A stretch of DNA of 64,000 nucleotides from Octopus vulgaris (GCA_951406725.2 OX597817.1:102176001-102240000), one strand, 5' to 3'. Shown: positions 49,604-63,610, counted from the first letter of the stretch. Notes: generated by a model from the letters alone, not told the origin. Made by a program: numbers and translations.

Positions 49604-51064
49604 TATATACATACATATATACATATATATACATATACATATATATACATATATATATATAGATAGATAGATATATACATATATATATATATACAGACAC
49701 ACACATATATATACATAACATATATATATAATATATATACATAATATATATACATAATATATATATATAATATATATATATGATATATACATATATATAT
49801 ATGTGTGTGTGTGTGCGTGTGTGTGTGTGTGTGTTTGTGTGTGTATAAAACTTACATGGAAAAGCATGCGTGGCGTTCGATCATATAATAATATAAATAA
49901 TATATAGATATATGCATATATATATACATACATGTACATACCTACATATATATGTATATATACACATGCATTTATGGGTACAGGACATAAAAAAAAACTT
50001 TGAACACAATGAGAAACGAAAGCATAAAAACAAAAACATAGAAACAAACTTAGAAACGAGACATACACTATATAGAATATTCCCCTTCTTCAGTTGTCCC
50101 TGTTTCATCTACCCCACGTTATGAAGGCAGGGACAATACGCGATTTCGTTGAAACAGTCCTTCCCGCAAAGCAAACAAAATAATATTTGGGATATTTTGC
50201 AGAGGGTTAAATTGGTAACATGAACAGGACGATGAGAACAAAACAATAATAAAAAAAAAAACAGTAAGAGCAAAACAGTAAAAATGAAAGACGAAAGATA
50301 ATCTGTCTTTTTGCCCACAATCTTCGAAAAGAAAGGACGTGCTTATACTGTCTCCTTCATAAGCTCGTCGTCCTCGCGTTCAGAATATTTTTTCTTTCGT
50401 CTCGGCTTTTCTTTCCTCAGTCGAGTTCCAGATTATCTTTGCAATTTCGGCTGGTTATATTTGAGATTGCTTCAATCTGGCCAGCCCCAAGGAAAAACTA
50501 AGCTAACGGAGAATGTTACACAAATACAAATAACAAGACATAACAACAGGTATCTTTCGCACGGACGACGGCCGAACCAAGAAAGAAAGATGAGGCTTGG
50601 CATCTGTATGAGCATGTGTGCATTTAATAATTTTTATGTATAAGTGGTAAATCATTATTTCATAGGTGAATTAGCCTAGAACATAAGTGTGATATTGTTT
50701 ATTGCATTTCAAAAATTACTTTGAATTGCTCAACTGCAGACTTTAACTTTTGCATTCATACAAAAATATATAGATGTAATTAAATAGTTCAGAGTAGGCA
50801 AGTCAATGGCAAAATCTTTAAAAGTGTGAGTTTGTAATATTTTTTGGAATGTGATGCATAATATATATATATATATATAATTTAGTTGTTCATTTTGAAC
50901 CGATAAAAAGGTTTTTTTCAAATATTTCATGTATAAGCGTGTATATATGTATATAGTGGTATAAATATCAACACAACTTTTTTCCCCTTCCTCCCTTATT
51001 TTCTTTTTCTTTCTTTTTTTGTCCCTCTCCCCTTTTCCAAACACACAGACACGCGCACATGCAC

Positions 51065-51124
<60 letters not shown>

Positions 51125-51685
51125 CCACAAAATGATCATACAAAGTGATAAGAATTCTTAAAAACCCAAAAAGACATTTGACCATCCCGACAATGTTAAA
51201 AGGAAATATAATTTATGGCTTACCTCCCCACCACCACACACTCAATAACACTGTGAAGTGGTCAAAACTGAAATTCTTAGAACCCTCTTGGAGTCAATAT
51301 CCTGTCCAGCAGACCCAAAAACTTCTTTCCATCTTCTTCCCTCTCCCTTCCCCTCTTTCTCTTTAGCAATCACCTCAGATACAAACACACACACACACAC
51401 ACGCACACGCACACACACACACATATACAGATACACACATGTTCTCCCTCTCAGTTTCTCCTCATCCACCTCACCCTCCTGTACTGTCTTACATTCCTCC
51501 CCATCACAAGAGGAACTATAAAATGATTAAAATCCCCAGCAAAGGAACTTATTTTCATTTGAAAACCCCACTAGAATGGGAGAAAGCGCTAATGAACTAA
51601 GTGATATGATATATATGTAAAAAATGTAATACATAAATAAATATCTGTAAATACAAACCATCCGATCTTCTGATTACCTCATTTC

Positions 51686-51726
<41 letters not shown>

Positions 51727-53061
51727 TAAAAGAGATACCCGGCGTTGGCCGTGTTACATGCAATTGAAGAATTAGACTTTTCTGTTATATTTTCTGTAAT
51801 GAACTGGAATATCTATGTTTCGAATTTCATCAAAATTGCAGATGAGGGTTATTTCCCGCTTTACACACCCTAAAAAATTGTAATCGTGCCACATGTATCC
51901 CATACTACTGATTTTTATGCGCGTATTCCAAAAGTCCAGTCTTATTGAACCTGTTAAAAAGATTTTGCTCCTGAAAAATGAAGGTAATGGAGCTCTAAAA
52001 TGTGAGAGTTAAGGACCCTGTTGGGGGTGGGCATCATAATGTCAACCAGAAAAGTTGAATTGTTGAGAATCTTTTTAACTTGGGCCTTATATCTATTGTT
52101 TGAATTTCTTTGAAATAGGAAATATATGTTCCCTGGGTTTGTAAAAGAGAGCAAAGCTACAGGAAACCAAAAGACAAATGATCACAATAAGCAGTCAGCT
52201 ACCCTACCCTAGTCGTTACCACTCCCAATATAGGATTCCTCACCATCCAGGTGACAGGCACAGCCGTAAGATGCATTACGAATCTATAGCAATTGGAAGG
52301 GCGTGACCCAACTCAAACATCAACAACTGTGTGACGTGAGGGCTAAGAAGAAATGAAAGTGTCACCTCTAGAGTTTGCAAATGACCACTATACTGATACG
52401 TAACTATAAATGTCTTTGAATAACCAGTAACTCATCCGGGAAGGCCTTGAAATCAATGTTACCATCTGGGGACTATGTGTGACCCAGTGATAATAAAAAG
52501 ACTGAAAGGAGGTCTGCAATCAAATAACTCTACTCAACACTTTGCAACTGAATCAGTGGAGTCAAAGATGCCTCTCATTTACTTGACAATTTATGCACCA
52601 CATTGCAGAAATCACAATGTAAGTGTATGTCAAAGCAAACTGTTACACTGTTGTACCATTGAATTACAAATAATGCACATTTATTATACTCGGGTAACCC
52701 TACAGCTTTCTAGAACCCAACTGTATTCGTTTTTGCTTAGATAAAATGACAAACTTGTGGGTGTTAAGTCCCCATAGGTGTATATATGTATGCATGTATA
52801 TATATGTGTACATATTACATGTGCATCTATATATATATTTCTAAGAAGATGAAATTTTATAAAAATTACTTCATTTGTGTCAAATATCTATGGTAAAAAT
52901 TTCATCAACAGCAAAAGTATATAAATTGTCATGTGGGTTATGGCCCTTATCCATAGAATATAATTTCCAAATTTCATAAGGAGCCATTCAGTACTTTTGA
53001 TGTAGTTTTGAATCATAAAAGAAATGACTAAAATTTGGGAGTGAAGGCCCCCATTAGAGTG

Positions 53062-53137
<76 letters not shown>

Positions 53138-53403
53138 GGAGAGAGAGAGAGATAGATAGATAGTTATAGATATAGATATATACACACACATACAAAAATA
53201 AATTGATAGATACAACTGAGTGGGCAAACAAAAATATGAGACACAGCCTAGTGCTTTTTTTATGTTGATAAGCCTGGTACTTATTCTATTAGTTTGTTCT
53301 TGTGAAACCAGTAAGTTATGGGGATGTAAATAAATGAACAGCGGTTGTGAAGCAGCGATGAGGGCGAAGCACAGAGACAAAGACACACACATACATTTAC
53401 ATA

Positions 53404-53968
53404 TCATCATCATCATCGTTTAACGTCCGTTTTCCATGCTAGCATGGGTTGGACGGTTCGACCGGGACCCGGGAAGCCAGGTGGCTGCACCAGGCTCCAG
53501 TCTGATCTGGCAGTGTTTCTACAGCTGGATGCCCTTCCTAACGCCAACCACTCCGTGAGTGTAGTGGGTGCTTTTTACGTGCCACCGGCACAAGGGCCAG
53601 AGGAGGCTGGCAAACGGCCACGATCGGTTGGTGCTTTTACGTGTCACCGACACGGACGACAGTCAGGCGGCGCTGGCATCTGCCACGTTCGGACTGTGCT
53701 TTTAACGTGTCACCGGCACGGGTATCCTAAATACAATTTCCATTTGATTTTCATTTTGATGTTGGTGTTGACGTACGTAACTCAATAGGTCTCCTCAAGA
53801 ACAGTGTGTCACTCTAAGATCTAAGGTTAGCACAGTAGGCCGTCCTGCGAGCCATGAACTCACTTCATTTGTCAGGTTTTTGAAGTCACAGCATATCTCC
53901 AGAGGTCTCGGTCCTTCGTCATGTACTCTGTGAGGCTCAACGTACGAAGGTCATTGACCACCTCGTCA
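53404..53968 (-). mobile_element. RTE LINE 3' fragment
   Basis: Highly similar to 39173-39920. Confidence 0.85.
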
Positions 53969-54004
53969 TATACGATTGATTTATTTCAGCTCCTGTCAAC
54001 AAAA

Positions 54005-54055
<51 letters not shown>

Positions 54056-54669
54056 ATACACACACACACACACACACACAAAGATAAATTGAAGATACAA
54101 TTGAGTGGGCAAACAAATATATGAGATACTGCCTAGTGCTTTTTTATATTTTGATATGCCTGGTACTTATTCTATCAGTTTCTTCTTGTGAACCAGTAAG
54201 TTATGGGGATGTAAATAAACAAACACCAGTTGTAAAGCAGCGATGAGGGCGAAGCACAAAGACACACACATAGACTTACATATATACATACATATATATA
54301 CAATTGATTTCTTTCAGTTTCTGTATACAAAATCCGCTGACAAGGCTTTGGTTGGTCTGAGGCTATAACAGAAGACACATGCCAAGTTACCACACAGTGG
54401 GACTGAACTGAGGACCATGTGTTTTGGAACGAAGTTTGTTACCCCACAGCCACACCTGCACCTATGCATGTGTGTGTATGTGTGTGTGTGGATGTTTGTG
54501 TGTGTGTGAGTATGGGTGTATATATATATATGTATGCATATATATATGTGTGTGTACATATTACAAGTGCATCTATATATATTCATCTACACATACATGT
54601 ATACATATATATCTATACATATACATGTATACATATACAGCTATACATATACATGTATACATATATATG

Positions 54670-54719
<50 letters not shown>

Positions 54720-54836
54720 TACATATATATACATATATACATATATACATATATATACATACATATATATATACATATCCATATATATACATCCATATAT
54801 ATACATCTATATGTATACATATTTTAAATTTAAATT

Positions 54837-54882
<46 letters not shown>

Positions 54883-55034
54883 AATTTAAATTTAAAATAT
54901 TGAAAACCAGTGGTGTAGCATATAAGACCATAGCGGATCGTGTAGCAAAATGAATTTCACTGTTAATGGCTACATATATATACGATTAATTTGTTTCAGT
55001 TCCTGTCTACGAAATCCATATATATATACATATA

Positions 55035-55084
<50 letters not shown>

Positions 55085-55090
<6 letters not shown>

Positions 55091-55378
55091 CGAGAAAGAA
55101 GCAACAAGAATGGATAGGTTTTTAGTACAATCGTTTCATACAAAGACAGGCTTTATTAAAAGTTGCAAAAATTACAGCATATAAACGTGTCCTGTACTCA
55201 TCAGCTAAAATACATGTGAGTTCTCTAGACATGTCTAGAGAACTCACATGTATTTTAGCTGATGAGTACAGGACACGTTTATATGCTGTAATTTTTGCAA
55301 CTTTTAATAAAGCCTGTCTTTGTATGAAACGATTGTACTAAAAACCTATCCATTCTTGTTGCTTCTTTCTCGCTTATA
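55085..55378. repeat. Perfect 294-bp palindrome (147-bp arms, no spacer) containing two hammerheads
   Basis: Centre CTAGACA|TGTCTAG at 55231/55232. Confidence 0.92.
55253..55343 (+). ncRNA. Type I hammerhead with long helix II (mirror copy at 55120-55210, minus strand)
   Basis: TTTTAG-CTGATGA-GTACA...TGTAT-GAAA-CGATTG-TA-CTAAAA. Confidence 0.8.
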
Positions 55379-55492
55379 ATCACCCCACATTATTGTATTG
55401 TTAAAACAGTATAGTTTTTTTTGGTGCATCTAAGTTAGGTACCATATTCAAGTAAATTCATTTAAATTAACTTGAATCTTTATTGCTTTTTG

Positions 55493-55531
<39 letters not shown>

Positions 55532-55769
55532 ATGTATACACACACACACACACACGCAAAGATAAATTGATAGATCCAACTGAGTGTGTAAACGAAAATA
55601 TGAGACACTGCCTAGTGCTTTTTTTCTTATTTTGATAAGCCTGGTACTTATTCTATCAGTTTCTTCTTGTGAAACCAGTAAGTTATGGGGATGTAAATAA
55701 ACAAACACCAGTTGTGAAGCAGTGATGAGGGAGAAACACAAAGACACACACATAGACTTACATATATAG

Positions 55770-56358
55770 TAAGGTCATTCGACGGTCATTCGGAATGCTC
55801 ACAGCAGCCATATTCCTACCGCTCTACGTCACGCTGGTGAGACCCATATTGGAGTACGGGATTCAAGCCTCATCTCCTCAAAGACATACAGCATCTCGAA
55901 AGAGTCCAGAAACTGGCTACCCGCATGGTTCTTGGTCTCAAGAATTTGTCTTATGAAGAAAGGCTGAAGACGCTCGACCTTTATTCTCTAGAAAAACGAC
56001 GACGCCGTGGAGATCTCATTCTTGCTCACATCATAAGCGGAAAGTGTAACCTCTCGAAAGAGCTGTTCTTCACTCCTGCTCCAGAGCGTCGGCTCCGGGG
56101 TCATTCCGAAAAGCTCTATCTGTGACGATTTCATCTCAATCGAAGGAGAGGGGCTTTCTCCGTCCGGGTTGCGGATCCGTGGAATAAGCTGCCAGACGAG
56201 ATGGTGAAGATGCCGACGACCGCTCGGTTCAAAGTCTCCCTTGACCTCAAGTGGCTTGAACTCTTTATATGAACACCACCCTGTACATAACTCCATGTCC
56301 CCCTACATGGCCTTACTTTTTGCTTTTTGAGCCAAAAAATTATCTAACTAACTAACTA
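55770..56358 (+). mobile_element. CR1-clade LINE 3' fragment
   Basis: LVRPILEYG, LERVQKLATRMV, SYEERL, LEKRRRRGDLI; (CTAA)n tail. Confidence 0.88.
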
Positions 56359-56774
56359 ATATATACATACGTATATATATACAATTGATTTCTTTCAGTT
56401 TCTGTCTACAAAATCCACTGACAAGGCTTTAGTTGGTCTGAGGCTATAGCAGAAGACACATGCCAAGTTACCACACAGTGGGACTGAACTGAGGACCATG
56501 TGTTTTGGAACGAATTTGTTACTACACAGTCACACCTGCACCTATGTATGTGTGTGGGGGGAGGTGGATGTGTGTATGGGTGTATATATGTATGCATGCA
56601 TATATGTGTATATATATATATGTGTACATATTACATGTACTTCTATATATATATATACATCTACATCTACACATGCATGTATACATATACATCTATAAAT
56701 ATACATGTATACATATACAGCTATACATGTACATGTATACATAAACATGTATACATATACATCTATATATATAT

Positions 56775-56851
<77 letters not shown>

Positions 56852-56896
56852 CATATATATACATCTATATATATACTTCTATATGTATACTTCTAT

Positions 56897-58420
56897 CTGG
56901 TTGGCTGCAGGAGTTGCCGGAAAGGGGTCGAGATTCGACACCCTACCGCCTTCGGGGCTCCACTCCGGATTTTCTGTCTGGGTTTACTCCCATAGCCTTT
57001 CCCTCTCCCAAGAGCATCCGCAAGGTAGCGGAGCGAGGGTTTGGAGTCAGAGTTTTCCTTCTCCTAGACTGGCTGTCAACCAAGGCTAACGAGCCCAGTC
57101 TGCCCACCTGGTTATACCGCCAAGCACCCGGTCGCGCCACACAGCAGGCTCAGTGAGAACAGGGGGTACCGCGTGAAGGTGCTGCTGTGGACACAGTAGT
57201 GCAGGAGAGGCCATTAGCAAGAACTTTCCACAAGGCGCAGCCAAGTAGAAGTTCTGGCGCCGACGCTCTTCGGAATTTTCTTCTCCCTTGTCCTGTCCTA
57301 TGCCTTCAGAACGTCCGACGACGGAGTGTTCCTCCACACCAGGGCTGATGGTGGATTGTTCAATCTTGCGCGCCTCAGAGCTAAGACCAAAGTCCGTCAG
57401 GTGCTGATCAGAGAGACCCTCTTTGCTGACGATGCCGCCCTAACATCACACAACCAACCGGGTCTCCAGAGGCTGGTCAGCTCCCTGGCGGATGCCTGCC
57501 AAGAGTTCGGCCTTACCATCAGCCTGAAAAAGACAGAGATCATGGGCCAGGACGTCGGAGGGGTCCCCAGCATCAGTGTCGGCGACCACAGCTTGCAGGT
57601 GGTGAACGAGTTCACTTACCTGGGATCGACGGTCTCCAGCAGCCTGTCCCTCGAGCCGGAGCTGAACAGACGGATTGGGAAGGCTGCTGCTGCCATGGCT
57701 AAGCTCTCCAGGAGAGTGTGGGAAAACAACATGCTCACAATAACCACCAAGATCGCAGTGTACCGAGCCTGTGTGCTGAGCACCCTACTCTACGGCAGCG
57801 AGAGCTGGACAACATACACCCGGCAGGAATGCCGCCTCAGCGGCTTCCACATGCGGTGTCTTCGACGGATCCTTGGCATCTCCCGGAAGGACCGAGTACC
57901 AAACGGAGTCATCCTGGAACAGACTAATATGCCAAGCATGTATTCCCTCCTCGTGCGGAGACGACTGCGCTGGCTCGGACACGTCTGCCGCATGCAGGAC
58001 GGTCGCATGCCTAAAGACATCCTGTACAGCGAACTCACCACGGGATCCCGACCCAAGGGACGTCCACAGCTACGATACAGGGACGTGTGCAAGCGCGACC
58101 TGAGGACTGCCAACATCTGTGTGGACACGTGGGAGGAAACAGCTGCTGACCGCTCTGCCTGGCGTCGGACGGTGAGGAAAGGCGTTTCCATGGCTGAGGA
58201 GAGGAGAGCACAGCTGTGGTTGGACAGGCGGGACAGGAGGAGGACAACTGCAGCAACACCCCACACGTACCCATCGATGTTCGTGTGCAGCAAATGTACC
58301 AAGGACTGCCACTCTAGAATTGGACTGTTCAGTCACAGCAGACGCTGCACATCATCAAAGTAGGCCCCACCCTTGGCGCAACCCATTGTCTATCAAGACA
58401 GACGGGGAAAGAGGGGAAGA
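56897..58420 (+). mobile_element. Internally deleted RTE LINE: GC-rich 5' UTR fused to the 3' part of the RT ORF
   Basis: ORF from ~57251 (VLAPTLFGIFF) to 58363 with LFADD, FTYLGS, LRWLGHV, CSKC zinc finger; 56897-57250 non-coding. Confidence 0.9.
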
Positions 58421-58958
58421 TATATATATATATACATGTAAATTTAAATATAAAATAATAAGGGTGAAAAATTGAATATTAATTTGATTGAAAACCAATG
58501 GTGTAGCATATAAGACCAAAGCGGATCTTCTTCTTGCAAAATGGATGTCCACTGTTAATGGTTCATCCCTGTTATATAATAGTTTGACTTAAATACTTTC
58601 ATTATTAAAGTGGAAGTATCTGACATTGCAATAGAGAGATGGTTTTGTTTCACTTTTAACACGTAATACTGAAACAGAAGTTAACAATTTTTTTGCCCAT
58701 GACACCTAAATAAGGCATGTGTAAAATTTGAACGAAATTGGTTGTGTAGGTCTCAAGTTTTAGGGACTCTCACAGACAGGCAGACAGACAGAGAGACACA
58801 CATTCTCAGTTTTATATATATAGATATACATATATATAATATGTATTGTTGCACAGGTACTTATTTATTTATTTATTTTCATTAATATTGAACTGCCTGA
58901 CAAATACGTTGTGAGTGACTTTCTTAGACGGAAACTGTTTGAATCCTATCCTGTGTGT

Positions 58959-59023
<65 letters not shown>

Positions 59024-59080
59024 TATATGTGTGCGTCTTTTTGTTTGTCTCTCAGTGCTTAACAACCGATGTTATTTTGT

Positions 59081-60470
59081 GTGCGGCCGGGTGCCTTGCC
59101 GGAAGTAGAGGATCTGTGCTGTTTTGCGAACAATTGAAGGGTTTTGTCGAAAATGCAGAACCAAGAGCCGTCACATGAGTGGGAGGACTACTAATGTGGA
59201 TCTTTTTTGCTTTTCACTCGGGACACACGTGGTGGCCGCGTGAACTCTGGAAATTTGTCACTAGGTTCTGGCCAGAGGCTAGGAACGCACTGGATCATTG
59301 GAAAGGATCGTTATTACGAGAGGACCCGCCAGTGGGGTGAAATACGCTTTTACCCCCATCCCACAAGCTATTTAGGCCTTCGTGTATTTTTTCTTCTCCT
59401 TTCCTGGACGATATGCCTCCAAAAATAAAGATCGGTAACGATGCCATCAGACCCTTTTGTGGCAAGAGAGATGTTATCGCCCGGATTCAGAGGAACAAGG
59501 TGGCCACGATGCAAGGCACTGAAGATATGACAGGTTTCATGGCTTTGTATTTGGAAGGAAATTCGTTGGTGTTGTACTTCGAACTGAAAGAAGCAGATCA
59601 ATTTGACGCAGAGATCTAACGGCGCCTAAAGGAAGCACTCACGGAAGGGTCGTATGCTGCGTTTGTCAAACTAGGAAAGGCGAGGTAAACGGGCTAGCAG
59701 GTGGATGTGCATGCGGCAAAAATTTGGAGGTTGGTCACATCTCTGGATTTACAGCAGGAGGCTTGGAAGAGGCTGCGGCTAGCGTTTGTAAGTAGTTTGT
59801 GATATTCGTGTCACGCTACGACAAAATGTATATGAGCGAATCCATCGCTGAAGCCAGTGTGTAGACGCAAAATGTGACACTAGCAGCTGCGTAAGCCTTC
59901 AGCGTCAGGCGGTGATCGACGAGTGACGAGGAGAGAAGAATTTCCGTAGCACGGCCGCGAGCATTTAAAGGCTAGTGCCTTATGTGTCGGAGTCCCCACA
60001 TGGCGAAGGACTGCAGGGACTCCAAGCCCAAACCAATTTTCTATCGGTGTAAGCGAACAGGACCATATCTCCAGAAACTACAGTTAAGGAAACGATTAGA
60101 GAGGACACTGCACCACTACCTACTTTTGCAAGCAAGTAGAGGCGCTCATACAGACACTGCTTATAGTGGAGGTTCTAGTTGCGGGAAGACGTTATAAGCC
60201 CTCGTAGACACGGGTTGCACAATAACCTTAGTGACCCCGAAAGTGTCTAAAAAGTAGAACGGGAAGAGTCGTGTAAGAGCATTTGATGACAGAGAGATTA
60301 GATATAGAGGTAGCAGTGAAGTGGAAATAGTGATGCAGGGAACAAAAAGAAGGGTACGAGCAATAGGGATTGGCCTGTGGTGGATGGAGTTGATGTGATG
60401 ACGGGTATGGATGTGATCAGCCACCTAGCAGCTGTCATAGTTAGTGAAGACAGGGCTATGTTTGAGAACC
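59081..60470 (+). mobile_element. Decayed Gypsy LTR-retrotransposon 5' part (gag, zinc knuckle, aspartic protease)
   Basis: MPPKIKIG...IRPFCG gag-like start, C..C..PHMAKDC, ALVDTGCTITLV at ~60198-60233. Confidence 0.7.
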
Positions 60471-60492
60471 TTCTCAAACAAAACACTACACT

Positions 60493-60925
60493 AAAACACA
60501 TGCATCCTAATCCTCCAAAGAAGTTCTTACATGGAATAATACTGAATTTTAAAAGCTTAAAGACACTATAATGTGTTGGTATACTTACTTATAAAATTTT
60601 TGTATATATTTATTATTTTTAAAAAAAAAACATTACACAAAAACACATGCATCCTAATCCTCCAAAGAAGTTCTTACATGGAATAATACTGAATTTTAAA
60701 AGCTTAAAGACACTATAATGTGTTGGTATACTTATTTATAACATTTTTGTATATATTTATTATTTAAAAAAAAAAACATTATAAATTTTTTCCCCTTCCT
60801 CATCTTGAAAATTTGCCTTGCAATGAAAGCCAGTTTGATTTCCTTTTTAAATCTTTCTTACCCCTATTTATATTAAAATTTGATTTCAGTTTAGCATTCT
60901 GCCTTATTATTATTTTTTTCCTTTC

Positions 60926-60930
<5 letters not shown>
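60493..60930 (+). mobile_element. PLE pLTR-like remnant with a 147-bp tandem duplication and a degenerate U3-A8 hammerhead (60802-60839)
   Basis: Duplicate starts at 60493 and 60640; ATC-TTGAAAA-TTTGC ctt GCAAT-GAAA-GCCAGT-TT-GAT; TTAGCATTCTGCC as at 8295; ends in (TA)n. Confidence 0.6.
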
Positions 60931-60972
<42 letters not shown>

Positions 60973-63329
60973 CATAATTAAGAGAAATAACCTCTATTAA
61001 GCAATTCAATAGTGAAAGACATTATCTATATTGTATACAAAAAAATAAATATACTATAATAAATATCATTTAAAAAAATCAATAAATTAAATAAAAATTA
61101 AATTGACTACGCGAGTTTAGTGACTATATCTTGAAATCGATAATAATAAAATCGATACTATTAAAATTAATTCGATTTAAAAATATAGTCACTCTTCGGG
61201 TCTAAAATAATATAATAAAATAAATGCATGTATCTTAACATATAATAATTAATAAATAAATATAGAAATATACATATCGTAACAATAAATAATCGAATAA
61301 AATTTAACAATATTAATCAAAAATAAGATAAGTTATGATTTTATTTTTCATTAATATTGTTAAATAAGATAGCAGAATCGTTAGCACGCCGGGAAAAATG
61401 CTTAGCAGTATTTCGTCTGTCATTACTTTCTGAGTTTAAATTCCGCTGAGGTGCAATTTGAACGACCTATTTTATTTAATAAAATAATTACTCCCAGTTT
61501 TGCATTATTTTCTGTGAAACACTCACATATTCTTTTATGAACTGGAATGAATTCAAGCGAGGTTTTTTCTAAATTTTTTTAACCATAAGTCTGCGCTTAT
61601 ATAATATGAACATGTATTGCTATATTTGTATATTATATATTGCTTATATATGCATACATTGTTATGGTCGATACAGCTATAGAAAATTCATCAAACTTAG
61701 GCATTCATCTGGTGTACAAGTAATTTCATGCAGTTACATGTATGCGTCTGTCTACAATAATATACGTAAAAAGAGCCGCGCTGAAAACCGACTAGAAAGT
61801 ATCCAATAAATATTTATAGCAATAGTTTTTCAATCCTGATATCTTTACCGACACACCCGTTTCAAAATTTGTGAATAGAAATCAAACGATATCACCAATT
61901 TTTCAACCTAAGTTTGGCATATGATGTGCGACCAACTGATTCACTTAGAAACATGCTTTTGTGAGTCCTGAAACGCAACAACAACCAACTTTCTATACAA
62001 AGAATCTCGTGATCTGAATCTCACACATCTGAATTGGACATACTTATGTACATAGTTACTTCACGTTTGATAGAACTCTAAATAATAATACATTTCTCAT
62101 ATCAAATCAAACAAAATCTTCCAAAAATAACTTTCTATTAACCTACACCCTACAGGCACATTTTCCTCTTATCCTCTTCTATCACACTTTCAACATATCT
62201 ACTCTCGTATTCCACGCCCAATAATCACTTCAGATAGCTCCACTTGCCGAAGGCTGCATAAAGACAAAAAGAGCCTAAGTGTAGCACAGTCTAACGAAGG
62301 CTTGCAAGCCGAAACTTTAAGGCCACTGTCATTCTTCCGGTAAAAGTTTAATAAACATGTACTGTACTATAAATTATTGGGTAATCCTTCCGTTTAACAC
62401 TAAATTGTTTTTATAAATAAATCGACATGTTTTATAATGTTTGCTTAAACATTTTGAGAAAACAACATTTCTTCATAAAAGCAACGCAACTGAACAAAAC
62501 GTAAATACAAAATGTTTTTGAGTTTTCTGAGCGTGGGTGGACGTACAGAGAGAGCATGCGCGCGTGTGCATATCGACGTGTGTGCGCATAAGTTTATGGG
62601 TGTGTGTTCATATCTATAGCCATATATTTTTGAGCATGGGTGTCCATGCGCATGTGTTTATGGGAGTGCATTCATCTGTATATCTGTGTATGTACGCGCG
62701 CATGGAAGGGCGAGTGAATGTGTGTAAGGGGACGGCTTCATGTGTATATCTGTGTATGTATGAATGGATGTGAGATAGTGTGTATGTGCTTAAGTTACTC
62801 TTTATTATTTAATTTTCTTTATTTATTTCGACGTGCCTTTTCATTTGCAGATGCTTCCCATTTGGTGACTGAGTTACATAATTTTCATTTAGTTTCATGT
62901 AAAACGAGACTATTGCTCGGCAAGGTCTCGTCCTATATAAAGTGGCGAGAAAAACGAATTAACGCCACAAAGTACGTTACACAGAGAGTAACACTCTTTG
63001 ATATTGTAGACAAACTTTAAGCTCTAATTAGTGGAGGATTAAAATAACCGGCAGAGAATATAAAAAATTAAAAGATATTCCTCAAAAGCTTTCAAACCCT
63101 AGCCTGCTTTGCTTTTTTTTTTCAAGTTTATAATTTTGTTTTAATTTGCTCTTTTGCACTGGTTAAATTTGTGCTATCTCAAGCTATAGCTGGTTCTTAA
63201 ATGCAGAATAATAAGTTCCTTGTTGAACTTGAAAAATACAGAGTTAGAAGGTTGATTTGCACTTTACATTGTGCCTAATGGAAGGACTCGACTGATTCAA
63301 CAAGAATAAATCAATTAGTTAATAATAAG

Positions 63330-63610
63330 CGCGCGCAAGTGTGGCTGTGTGGTAAGAAACTTGCTTCCCAACCACGTGGTTCCGGGTTCAGTCACACTGG
63401 CGGCACCTTGGGCAGGTGTCTTCTACTATAGCCTTTAGTCGACCAAAGCGTCATGAGTGGATTTGGTAGATGAAAACCGAAAGAAGCCCGTCGGATTTAT
63501 GTATGTGTGTGTGTGATGCACGACCGGTATTGATGTGTTTATGTCCTCGTAAGCGGCACTCAGCATGACCGCAGTCAAATGACTGAAACAAGTAAAGGAT
63601 TTAAGATAGA
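63330..63610 (+). mobile_element. tRNA-head SINE
   Basis: GTGGCTGTGTGGTAAG...GGGTTCAGTC...AAATGACTGAAACAAGTAAA. Confidence 0.85.

Larger units (their letters stand above)
53170..58562 (+). repeat. Local tandem duplication of a ~1-kb SINE-derived unit: partial copy A 53170-53400, copy B 53968-54977, interrupted copy C 54978-58562
   Basis: ATAAATTGA...GCCTAGTGCTTTTTT at ~53200, 54083, 55561; GAAAACCA.TGGTGTAGCATATAAGACC at 54902 and 58490. Confidence 0.85.
51724..58826. mobile_element. Possible Helentron/HINE-like element whose ends bracket the duplicated region
   Basis: Left end TACTAAAAGAGATACCCGGCGTTGGCCG; right end GTGTAAAATTTGAACGAAATTGG...(ACAG)n...TTTTATATATATAGAT; linkage of the two ends is inferred. 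Confidence 0.3.

Noticed and set aside
49522-50124. Many ORFs rich in YI/CV/HT dipeptides (also at 35.6-36.5, 38.9-39.2, 48.7-49.1, 54.3-54.9, 56.5-57.1 kb)
   Set aside because: Translations of (TA)n, (TG)n and (TATG)n microsatellites
50311-50643. CpG-richer unique segment that could be an exon
   Set aside because: All frames short, with no recognisable domain
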